Source of the DNA: Histomonas meleagridis 2922-C6/04-290x
Lineage: Eukaryota; Protista; Parabasalia
DNA: 64,000 nucleotides
Assembly: GCA_020184695.1 (NCBI GenBank)
Contig: JAANOX010000011.1
Location: 558,001 to 622,000 of the forward strand
Direction: 5' to 3'
Positions within the stretch are counted from its first letter, which is position 1, and every line of letters begins with the position of its first letter. The notes beneath the pieces were generated by a model. That model was not told the origin of the DNA. It saw nothing but the letters and a program-made list of their open reading frames with translations, and did not search any database. Made by a program: the position numbers and the translations under genes. Below are positions 12,006 to 22,286 of this stretch, in pieces.

Positions 12006-12625
12006 AACATTTCATGTCCACATTTTGTTTTATTAATTCCAAAACATTTTCATTCATTCAATTAACAATTACATTATAACATTTCATGTCCACATTTTGT
12101 TTTATTAATTCCAAAACATTTTCATTCATTCAATTAACAATTACATTATAACATTTCATATTACATTTCGTTCCATTAATTCCAAAACATTTTCATTCAT
12201 TCGATTCACAATTACATTATAACATTTCATATTACATTTCGTTCCATTAATTCCAAAACATTTTCATTCATTCAATTCACAATTACATTATAACATTTCA
12301 TATTACATTTCGTTCCATTAATTCCAAAACATTTTCATTCATTCGATTCACAATTACATTATAACATTTCATATTACATTTCGTTCCATTAATTCCAAAA
12401 CATTTTCATTCATTCAATTCACAATTACATTATAACATTTCATATTACATTTCGTTCCATTAATTCCAAAACATTTTCATTCATTCGATTCACAATTACA
12501 TTATAACATTTCATATTACATTTCGTTCCATTAATTCCAAAACATTTTCATTCATTCAATTCACAATTACATTATAACATTTCATATTACATTTTGTTTT
12601 ATTAATTCCAAAACATTTTCATATT
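12006..12625. repeat. Tandem array of a 71-72 bp unit, about 8.7 copies
   Basis: TCCAAAACAT recurs at 12038, 12110, 12181, 12252, 12323, 12394, 12465, 12536 and 12607. Confidence 0.97.
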
Positions 12626-12642
12626 TTATTTTTCACATAACA

Positions 12643-15600
12643 TTACTGCACGTAGTTCATCAGACATTTGTCCACTTTTATTTCCTTAAACTTCTCCTTC
12701 ACGTGCGTCAGATAACTTCTAATTCCGCCAATGATTTGTTTTCCTATTTCTACGTTCCTCAGACTTTGCATTGTTACTGATTGAGCGAATTCGTCACAGA
12801 CATCGACCGCATCAGCGATTTCGTTTCTATTTCCATTATCACATAACTGTATCCAACACGCCTCGAAACACTTCAACATTAACTTTAACCATTTTCCATT
12901 ATAATTTGTGTTATTATATTCATTAAAACTATTAATGAAACATTTAAATGCTAAAAGTGTTGTTATATCGATTAGTTTCACGACAATTGCATTTAACATT
13001 TGATTTAGAATTTGTTCATTAATTCCATTACTTAAATATGTTATCATTTCATATATAATTTGTTGTACTTCTATCTCATTAATTGTTTTATATAATGAAG
13101 TCTCATTAAATAAAGTCAACAAACAAAATGATAAATATTTCGAATGTCGAATTTGATTCGTTTTAAATGAACTATGAATAGTAAATATCAAATTGTTTAA
13201 CAACGCTTTGTTATGTTTCTCAATGATTTTCGGATTACTTTGTAATTGACATGAAATTGATTTTAATGAATGAATACTTAACTCAATGTTTTCATTCGGT
13301 ATTGATGATATCCATTGATATATCATTATCTCCGGATTTTGAATGCTTAACTTCAAAAGTGGATGTATTGAACATTTTGACAAAGTGTTGTTGAATTTGT
13401 TTTTAAGATTTTGTATTAATTCTTTAAGTTCATTAATATTTTGATATTTATTTAATATACCAAAAATTTTATCTTTTAATTTATCTATTTTTAAGTTATT
13501 ATAATTTGTTGTTAAAAATATTATAATACCTTTAATAGAATCAATTGATTCAATGTTTTCAAATATATTTAATATTACAATATTTAATATGTCAATGATA
13601 CTTAAATTTAATATTTGTATTGGTAAATCATTACATTCTTTAAAGTTACGGCCATAACATTCAATGATTATTGGAAATATAATTTGGAGTTCTGTTTGTG
13701 TTAACTTTCGTTTATTATATTTTAATATTTGTAATATTTCACGTATGAAATTAAATATTTTCGGAAATATTTCAATGTTCTTAATACATATTGTAATACG
13801 TGCCCAATATAAAAAGATAATATTTAAGATATAATTCACATTATTAAACTCTTCTTTAATAGTATATATTAACGCATTAAAGATTTCATCAAAATCTGTT
13901 TCATTTGGAGTTTGTATAATTGGAATTATAAAAAATTGTTGTCCATAATGTTCAATGATTTTTGTGATTTCGAGAATTGATGTTTTAGTGTTTATGATTT
14001 TAACTATAAGTAATGGATCAATTTGTTGATCAATGTTATGTTGATCTTCTTTCGTTGGATATTTTTGGATTATTGATACATTCTTTGTGTTTGTAATTAA
14101 TGAAAGTTTCGTTAATATAAATTCTCTTTTGGATATTGGATATGTTTCAATTATTTCTTTTATTATGTTAATAGAATTTGGGATTTCGAAGAATTTATTT
14201 ATAAAATATTCCGAAATTTCATCAAATTCATTTGTTTCATCATTTAATATATAAAGAATTATATCAATGTATTGTAACGTGACTTTAATATTTAATGACT
14301 TAAGTATTAAAAAAGTCGATTTTTTATTATCATCTTCAATTTGATTAAATATTGGTAAATATATTCTTTCTATAAAATTCGGATATAATGTACCAATATT
14401 TGTTAATATTTTAGTTAAAATTGTTTTAATGTTTGTATTGGAATAATTAAATAATAAAAACATTTCACTTAAGAAATTCGAAGGTATTAATGATATGTCA
14501 TTAACTTTAATAAGTTGAAATGAATAATCTAAAACTTGTATTAATGTATTTAATATTGTCGAATTGTTTTCATGAAATAAATGTTGTATTGCTTTAAATA
14601 ATTGTTCAAAGTTTGTATATGATAACATTGTTTGATTATTCGCTTCTAATTGATTTAATAATATTTTCGTGATTTCATTTAATGACTTTCGACATTCAAG
14701 AATTGATCCATCATTTAATAATGTTGTGATTAATGAATTAGGTATTAATATATTGTTATTATCATTGAATGTCTTGGCAATTTGCATTGTGTTCTTGGGT
14801 TGAATTGTTTCCCTACGATTAACTTTTGGTGGAAGTTTTGATACTAAATTGTTTTGTTCATTATAATTTTCATGATTTTGATTTTGTTTGGGAACTGTTG
14901 AAATTGATTGTCGTTTTTTAATTGTTTTGTTCTGTATGTTATTAGTGGCCTTTTTAGGTTCGTTTTTTGTTGTGTTTTTTGGTACTTCAACACCAAATGT
15001 AGATTGTAAAAATGAAATACAATCTGATGCAGCTCTTCGTACTGTTGGATCTGCATGTGTTGTTAACGGGTTTATCTGTTCAATTGCTTCTTCAGAATCA
15101 ATTTTGCTTTTATCGTTTTTACATCGCTCATAACAATGTTTAATATAATGTAATGTGTTGGTGAGCACAGATGTGCTTTTGACCGTTAATTGGTTGTAAA
15201 AAGTATTCAATACATTTGATATTGACGTCACTTCACTGATGTAGTCTGAAATTTCAAATAAAAGTGACTCCAGTTTCTTATCGTTAATTTTGTCCGAAAC
15301 ATAATGTAAAGTGGCGGAGATGGTGTCTTCTGTTAAATTACCACCTGACTCTTTAAGATAAAACATAATATCAGATGTTATACTGTTCATTACTTTTGGT
15401 GTAAATGTTCGACCAAGAAATACTTTTGATAATCCATACGCACAAACTGTGGGATTTTTGTTTGCGTCTTCATTATAATATTTCTTAAGCAGTTCAAGGC
15501 CTTCAAAAACACAGTTCCATTTATGATGCATTAAATTACTTAATATATCAGGAGGAACCCATTCATCCCATACAGAAGAGGCATTTTGAAGATTAACAGT

Positions 15601-16260
15601 ACGAGCTCGTGGTTTTGGTGACTCTCTAGGCGAGGTTTGTGAAACTGGAGGTTTTGATGATATTGTTGTTGTTGGTTTTGACCGAGCTACAGGTGACTTT
15701 TTCGGCCGAGGTTTTGTGGTAGCTGGCGGTGGAGTTGATATGTTGGCTTTTGTTTTTGCAATTGTTATCACATTTGTGGCATCCTTTCGAATGCTTTGAT
15801 CTCTGTTTGTTGTGAGTGGCTTCAAGTTCTCAATTATGCTCTCAGCATCGTTTGCTCCATTTTGTTCTAAATGTGTTTTAAGAATGGAAATCATTGCTTT
15901 CACAATTTTTGGTGATTTAGATGAAAGTTTTTCATATATTTTCTCTAAGACTTGATCATGGCATGAGTTGAGACATTGAATCATAAGTGTCGCTGCAACA
16001 TCTGAATTTGCTTGTTTATTTGTTGAGAATGCTTTTTCAGCGAGAACATTTGCAATTTGAAAATAATCAATATTTGATGCTTTTTCGAAATATACAGTAC
16101 ACACTGAAAGAACTGTTTTAAGGCAATTTGGATTATCATCACTTAAAAACTTTGGAAGGTCGGAGTGAAGGTTTCTTAATAAATCTGGTTCTGGATCTTT
16201 CATCTGCTCAAGAATTTTTTCATATTTGGATTGACGAACTTTCCAATCACTTCCTTCCAT
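12643..16260 (-). CDS. XMAP215/ch-TOG/MOR1-family TOG-domain microtubule-associated protein
   Basis: N-terminal SDWKVR TOG HEAT repeat, second TOG-like unit (HHKWNCVFEGL), and a C-terminal region resembling the ch-TOG/MOR1 tail (KYLSFCLLTLF...LNAIVVKLID...KLMLKC). Confidence 0.7.
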   Translation of the reverse strand: MEGSDWKVRQSKYEKILEQMKDPEPDLLRNLHSDLPKFLSDDNPNCLKTVLSVCTVYFEKASNIDYFQIANVLAEKAFSTNKQANSDVAATLMIQCLNSCHDQVLEKIYEKLSSKSPKIVKAMISILKTHLEQNGANDAESIIENLKPLTTNRDQSIRKDATNVITIAKTKANISTPPPATTKPRPKKSPVARSKPTTTISSKPPVSQTSPRESPKPRARTVNLQNASSVWDEWVPPDILSNLMHHKWNCVFEGLELLKKYYNEDANKNPTVCAYGLSKVFLGRTFTPKVMNSITSDIMFYLKESGGNLTEDTISATLHYVSDKINDKKLESLLFEISDYISEVTSISNVLNTFYNQLTVKSTSVLTNTLHYIKHCYERCKNDKSKIDSEEAIEQINPLTTHADPTVRRAASDCISFLQSTFGVEVPKNTTKNEPKKATNNIQNKTIKKRQSISTVPKQNQNHENYNEQNNLVSKLPPKVNRRETIQPKNTMQIAKTFNDNNNILIPNSLITTLLNDGSILECRKSLNEITKILLNQLEANNQTMLSYTNFEQLFKAIQHLFHENNSTILNTLIQVLDYSFQLIKVNDISLIPSNFLSEMFLLFNYSNTNIKTILTKILTNIGTLYPNFIERIYLPIFNQIEDDNKKSTFLILKSLNIKVTLQYIDIILYILNDETNEFDEISEYFINKFFEIPNSINIIKEIIETYPISKREFILTKLSLITNTKNVSIIQKYPTKEDQHNIDQQIDPLLIVKIINTKTSILEITKIIEHYGQQFFIIPIIQTPNETDFDEIFNALIYTIKEEFNNVNYILNIIFLYWARITICIKNIEIFPKIFNFIREILQILKYNKRKLTQTELQIIFPIIIECYGRNFKECNDLPIQILNLSIIDILNIVILNIFENIESIDSIKGIIIFLTTNYNNLKIDKLKDKIFGILNKYQNINELKELIQNLKNKFNNTLSKCSIHPLLKLSIQNPEIMIYQWISSIPNENIELSIHSLKSISCQLQSNPKIIEKHNKALLNNLIFTIHSSFKTNQIRHSKYLSFCLLTLFNETSLYKTINEIEVQQIIYEMITYLSNGINEQILNQMLNAIVVKLIDITTLLAFKCFINSFNEYNNTNYNGKWLKLMLKCFEACWIQLCDNGNRNEIADAVDVCDEFAQSVTMQSLRNVEIGKQIIGGIRSYLTHVKEKFKEIKVDKCLMNYVQ

Positions 16261-16955
16261 TGAAGTTCAAAAATAAACGTACACATTTTTCGAAAAAATT
16301 CTTTTTCTCAGTAATAAAATTTATGTGACATACATAATAAACATTTATATGCAAAATACGTCAGAAATTTTTAATTATTTAAATAGTCTAAGCTTTTGTG
16401 AAAATTGATTTTATAAAAGAATTTGTTATTAAATTTTTTTTTATTCAATAAATCATAGTTGTATTTCTTTAGTTTCCTTTTGGGGTTGCACTGATACTAA
16501 AATTTCTAAAAAAATCTCATGAAATTTTGAAAATAGCGAACATATTACCTGACCACAAAATGATAGACATTTAATCGTTTTATCACACAATCATTATTTA
16601 ATCCAACTTGAAGTCAAAATTTACTTAGTCTGTTAGCATATTAAAAGTTTATCAAATCACATGTCAGGCATTCCCAACAAAAGGATTTATACTTCATCCA
16701 ATTATCATGTCGGTCATGACTGGACAAAGTCATGTAGCTATTCAATTTTGTTAATTTTGGTGTTTAAATGAATTTAGAAGGCAGAAATAAAATATGTTAT
16801 TTTTTTCTTTTTAGTCAATTGAATGGTTCCTATCGTACATCATTCAAAAAAAGACGAATTTAACAAGTAATCAAGACAACAATCAATTCACTCCCAATGA
16901 ATTATCAGATGAATCACTTGTTAATAGTGAACATATTAAGCAACATAAACAAATC

Positions 16956-17915
16956 ATGGTGGCGCTTTCATCACAAATTGTAGATGTTGAAATTATGAGA
17001 AAAATTGCTTGGTCAGGAATTCCACGACAATATCGCCCCCGCGCGTGGCGGATTTTTTTAGATTATGAACCTATAATATCAGATCAATCATTTTCAACAT
17101 TACAGCATAAGCGTAAAGACTATTTTGATTGTTTAAATAGATTTTTTGATCCTCAACAACAAATTTTATGGACCTCATCACAGCGAGACATATTATCACA
17201 AATATTACGTGATTTACCACGTATGCAATCACCTTTATTACGAAATGAAAAAGTTAGCACAATATTTCAACATGTTTTATTCACGTATGCAGTAAGGCAT
17301 CCAGCATCAGGTTATGTTCAAGGAATGAATGATGTTTTATTTCCATTTTTTATTGTTTTCTTATCACAACACTTCAAAACGATGACGATAGAAGATATTG
17401 TGTTGAAAACCGACGTCGATAGCCTATCGGCAACAGAATTAAATGAAGTTGAAGCAGATTCTTTTTGGTGCTTCAACAAGTTTTTAGATGGAGTTCAAGA
17501 CTTTTATACGAAAGATCAGCCTGGGATGTATAAGATGATTGATCAGTTACATCGTGTTATTGGGAAAGTTGATCCAGAATTATATAATTATCTAGAGCAA
17601 GAGAACGTTCAATACACTTCCTTTGCTATTCGATGGATGAACTGTATGCTTGTACGTGAATTTTCAATTTCTGTGTTACTTCGTATTTGGGATTTGTATG
17701 TGAGTGAACCCTCAAAAATTGCAATGACACAGGTATATATTTGTGCTTCAATGATGACATACATATCACCAGAACTAATGAAGTTGAAGCAATGTGATTT
17801 ACTTGACAAACTTAAAAATATACCACCTGATTATTGGACAAACGACATTATTGAAATCATTCTTGCTCAATCCTTTGTTTATGAAAAAGCATTTTTTTCA
17901 CCCAAAAAATTTTAG
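16956..17915 (+). CDS. TBC-domain Rab GAP (Gyp1/TBC1D22-like)
   Basis: WSGIP..RPRAW, IxRDLPR, YVQGMND and AIRWMNCMLVREF motifs. The frame is open about 40 codons upstream, so the true start may be earlier. Confidence 0.9.
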   Translation: MVALSSQIVDVEIMRKIAWSGIPRQYRPRAWRIFLDYEPIISDQSFSTLQHKRKDYFDCLNRFFDPQQQILWTSSQRDILSQILRDLPRMQSPLLRNEKVSTIFQHVLFTYAVRHPASGYVQGMNDVLFPFFIVFLSQHFKTMTIEDIVLKTDVDSLSATELNEVEADSFWCFNKFLDGVQDFYTKDQPGMYKMIDQLHRVIGKVDPELYNYLEQENVQYTSFAIRWMNCMLVREFSISVLLRIWDLYVSEPSKIAMTQVYICASMMTYISPELMKLKQCDLLDKLKNIPPDYWTNDIIEIILAQSFVYEKAFFSPKKF

Positions 17916-18513
17916 AAAGTAAATTGTTTTTAAATGTATAAAGACTTTTGTTATTTTTATTGTTTTTACAAACAGTTTAAAATAATTTACGTTACTCTTT
18001 TAAAGTTTTAATAGCGCCTTTGAAAGAAAAATTTTTGCCAAAAAAAAGACATAAATCTTTTGGTTTATTTTTGATGTTCAAAACTATTTCATAAGAAAAA
18101 ACTTTTTTGGAGATTCGTTCAATATATATACATAAAAATTTCGTTAACAAAGAGATTACTTACAATAATTTCCAAAACAAATTTAAAAAAATTCTAGAAA
18201 TAATCTGCCACATAAGAAGATAATATTAATGTGATAGTGGAATCAAAGTGGGCATGGTGTTTTTGAGTTCCGTGCTGATGTTTTGTAAAAAACTTTCGGT
18301 GTCATTGAATAAATAATTCAGCCGAACAAGATTGAGTTTCATAGGTTTACGCCCAATAGTTTCTTGGGAGTTTTATCTCAAATTTGTATGGAATAAAAGT
18401 ATGATAACCACAACGGTTGGAATAAAACCGTAACGAATATCAATGGAAACTTAACTTTTTGACAAAAACTTCCTATTCAACAGAATATTTGAAAAAAGCT
18501 TTTATATCCTACA

Positions 18514-19077
18514 ATGAAAACCATCAAAATCGGCATGTTTGGCGGAGGCGGCGTTGGGAAGACATCTATCACACTTCAGTTCGTAAAAGGAGAGTTCACT
18601 GATGGTTATATTCCAACAATTGAAGATGAATTCATTAAAACCATAGATTTTGAAGGTGAAACATTGTCAATTGAAATTATAGATACTGCTGGTCAAGATG
18701 ACTTCCAGTCAATGCGTTTCCGTAATATGAGCTCGGTTGAAGGTTTTATATTAGTATATTCAATTTTGGATCCGGTTTCTGTTAGTTCATTAAAAGAAAT
18801 CCACGGTGAGGCTTTACTTGCTAAAGGTACTGATTCTATCCCTTGCATCATTGCTGCAAACAAATGTGACTTACGTGGTCCAGATTCGGTTCCTGTTGCT
18901 GATGGTGAAAATCTTGCAAAAGAAATCGGCTGCCAAATTTATGAAACATCTGCAAAAGAAAATATAAATATTCAGGAACTATATGAAGGAATTCTCAAAC
19001 TTTTACTTTCTAAGAACAAAGAAAAGAAAACAACTAAAAAGGATGCAGAACCTGGGTGTAGCTGCCAAATACAATAA
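18514..19077 (+). CDS. Ras-family small GTPase (Ras/Rap-like)
   Basis: GGGGVGKT, YIPTIED effector loop, DTAGQ, NKCD, ETSAK and C-terminal CaaX (CQIQ). Confidence 0.93.
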   Translation: MKTIKIGMFGGGGVGKTSITLQFVKGEFTDGYIPTIEDEFIKTIDFEGETLSIEIIDTAGQDDFQSMRFRNMSSVEGFILVYSILDPVSVSSLKEIHGEALLAKGTDSIPCIIAANKCDLRGPDSVPVADGENLAKEIGCQIYETSAKENINIQELYEGILKLLLSKNKEKKTTKKDAEPGCSCQIQ

Positions 19078-19655
19078 ATTTTGCACGCAATGATTTCATT
19101 TTACTTTTTAGAAATTTCTGTGCAAACTTCCAATCTATCGTTCGTGTAATGGTAACTTTTTGAGTCGTGTGTCGTTTTTTTATATTCAAATCAGGATGTT
19201 GTTTTTTTACACCAAAAAGTAAAATAATTTAACTTTGAACAGCGGTTAGATTACGATCAAAAATTCATCTCTACAGTCTTTCATATTGAACTAAATAGAA
19301 ATTTTTTGTAAAAATCATCTTCGATTGATAACAAGATTCAACTTGCTTTGAACTTGATGTTATCTTTAGTTTCAAGATTTCATCATCAAACAAACTTTGT
19401 TAATTCGAATTAATGCGTTCCAAAAACGAAAAATAACCGCTGTGTGTCATTTTTTGTCAGGCGCGCTGTGATATGACCAAAATCAAGATTTCTTTTGAAT
19501 TGTTTACTCATTTCCCCGGCAAAAAATCGTTTTTTTGTTGAACAAAATTAGTTTCATCAAATTATCATAATTCGAATCATTTTAGAAAATGCAAAAAGCT
19601 CTTTTTACTTTATCATTTAAAGAAAGATTAAATTAACAAACATATTTACTAACAA

Positions 19656-20519
19656 TTACATAATCACCAAAGATATTGGAAAAAGTTTCTTGAATTTTGC
19701 TTGGTGTATCCATGACAAAAATTTCTTTCTGCAAACAGGGCACGTATTTTGTATTGATCCCCATTTGCAAAAGCAAGATAAACAAAAGTGATGAGAACAT
19801 GGAAGTGTCACGTAGAAGAAAACAGTTTCTAAGCAAACAGGACACTGAAATCCTTCACTTTCGTGTTTAGTACCAAACTCTGGTGGAAAATCCTTCGAAT
19901 GGAGTAAGCGTATAAAATCATAAACCCATACTAAAGAGATTATAGTTTTGGTAAGTAAATAAGAAATTTGTATCTCCTTCGTACAGATGGTGAAATTTGA
20001 TATGGCTTGAAACCAAATGAAAGATGTTAAAAATGATCTTATGCCAGCAATAATCCGAGGAAGTAATGAAAACAAAAAGAACCCATGACCAACACAAGTA
20101 GTAAAGAAAAATGAGAGAAAAATCTGTTGAACAATTATCATTATCATAAACATTATTTGTGAAATAAGAATGGTAATAATAATTGCTTCAGAAAAGTCCA
20201 TTTTTTGCTTTTGAAAAACTGCATAAGAAAATAAAAGCCAAAGGCCCCATATTGAACAACTAATTTCTGGTATCATTAAAGAATCGAGAATGCTTACAAG
20301 TGAAGGATACTCTATTTCCCCTTTACTAACAGTTTCAACTTGCTTTGTGATGCTATTCAATCTTCTAAAAAAAAGCAAGATTAGAAATGCATCACATAGC
20401 AACATCGGAAGCTTACCTTCTGCAAATTTCGATAAAATTATTGCACCCAATGCAAGCATTGTTGTAAATATATGATAACCTACCTCTGGGTATTTAAGCT
20501 CTTTCTTTTTTACTCCCAT
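19656..20519 (-). CDS. Multi-pass membrane protein with C-terminal C3HC4 RING (RNFT1-like E3 ligase)
   Basis: Several hydrophobic segments plus CPVC...PCSHHFCLSC...CPVCR. Start trimmed to MGVKKK. Confidence 0.75.
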   Translation of the reverse strand: MGVKKKELKYPEVGYHIFTTMLALGAIILSKFAEGKLPMLLCDAFLILLFFRRLNSITKQVETVSKGEIEYPSLVSILDSLMIPEISCSIWGLWLLFSYAVFQKQKMDFSEAIIITILISQIMFMIMIIVQQIFLSFFFTTCVGHGFFLFSLLPRIIAGIRSFLTSFIWFQAISNFTICTKEIQISYLLTKTIISLVWVYDFIRLLHSKDFPPEFGTKHESEGFQCPVCLETVFFYVTLPCSHHFCLSCFCKWGSIQNTCPVCRKKFLSWIHQAKFKKLFPISLVIM

Positions 20520-21029
20520 CTGAAAAAGTGCCAGCTCAATATTCTCCGTTTGAGCCCATATCACATCACCAAAAAAGTGTCTTCTTTGCAAGGTTTACAA
20601 AAAGTGTATGATTCAAATAGTCTCACAAAGACAAACACATAGCATTCCTCAACGTCTTTGAAGGGGGTTTTTGTGACATTATGTGTACAAAAATAAAATC
20701 AATTTTTGAGAGTGTTTCATCATAAAAAATAAAAAACATCAACTTATGTCACGGAATTGTCAGCTTGGTCTAATCAAAAAGGTGTTTAACAAATTTATTT
20801 TAAATTTGTTTTAGGTTAATTATTATAGGTTGCAAAAAAAGATCTTTTTTCAACAAATTATTAAATAAAATTTAAACTTTTTTCTTTAGTTTGTTAAATA
20901 ATGTGAATGCTAATTTATTATATGTAAATTACTTTCGATTTTTTATATGAAACATGCAATTCATATGTTACAAATTGTTTTGGATGAGTTTGCACGATAA
21001 CACCAATGAAGTAACATTAAATATATAAA

Positions 21030-21670
21030 TAGAAATTTTTATTAAAATATGACCTCGAAGTAATTTAGCTATTTCTGTATAACCTTTTTGAGAAGCAATA
21101 TTAAGTGCTGTTCTAAATTATTTAAATAATTTCAAAATATTATTTTGAAAAATAAAATAATTATATTAAATTTTAAACAAGGTAAATAAATACCTTTTTC
21201 ATTAATATTAATTCCTTTTTGTTTAGTAAATAATTTAACTATTTCGAAGTGGCCATTTTGAGATGCTTTCATATGTGCTGTTTCAAATAATTTAAAAATT
21301 TCCAAATATTATTTCAAAATGCTAAACAATTAAAATAAATATCAAATAAAACAAATAAATATCTTTAGCATTAACATCTATTTTTTCTTGTTCAAGAAGT
21401 AATTTAACATTTTCTATACAACCATTGATAGATGCATACATAAGTGTCCAAAATAATTAAAATAATTTCCAAATATTATTTTAAAATTTCAAATTATTAA
21501 GATAAATATCAAATAAAATAAATAAATACCTTTATCATTAACATCAACCTCTCTTAGTTCAAGAAGTATTTTAGTTATATCTCTTTTATTTCCTTCAGAA
21601 GAATCCATGAGCGTTGTTTTACATATTTTGAATAAATTCCAAATGTTATTTTGAAATTATTAATTATCAA
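21030..21670 (-). pseudogene. Orphan array of four ankyrin modules with 80/79/80-nt spacers and no N-terminal domain
   Basis: Modules at 21528-21617, 21361-21447 (one codon deleted), 21192-21281 and from 21111 downward. Spacers at 21448-21527, 21282-21360 and 21112-21191. Confidence 0.75.
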
Positions 21671-22286
21671 AATAAATAGAAAATAATAGCAACAAATTTT
21701 TTTCTTATTGATTTTAATAATATTTTCAGTAATTAAATAATTATAAAGTTCTTTATTCCTTGAAACAGTTGAAATTTCGAAAAGATTTTAGAGAAATTGG
21801 ATTAATAAAGAAATGTACGAATATTTTTATGTTCGTCTACCTATCGTTACAACGATATAGAACAATAGCAAAAAGTAAACAACACAAAAGTCTATTTTTG
21901 CCACCTTCTCGGATTTTGAAATAAATTTATTTCATCTTCACTATAATATAACATACTATTTATATTAAATTAAATCATCAATTATGTACATATATTATAT
22001 ATACTTGGTGGTCAGATCCAATATTTTTGATGTATTGAGAAGTCATGTTTATCAGATTGAGTTTAATATATAGTATCAATAATTCATTTAATGCTATAGA
22101 AAACGAAGCACAATTTCTAGTTTATATTTTTCTTTCTGAAAAAAATTATGAATATCATTTTTTTTTTTGTTATATTTCTATTATTCTCTTTGTCTTTTGC
22201 TTATTTGACATTTCTATTTTGCGTATTTCTGTGCTTATTTGGTCAGATAATTTTTCAACAAAAGTTCAATTTGATTTCGTTTTTAC

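Noticed and set aside
12006-12625. CRISPR-like array (also considered for the 170-bp ankyrin array)
   Set aside because: No unique spacers, no cas genes, and a eukaryotic context
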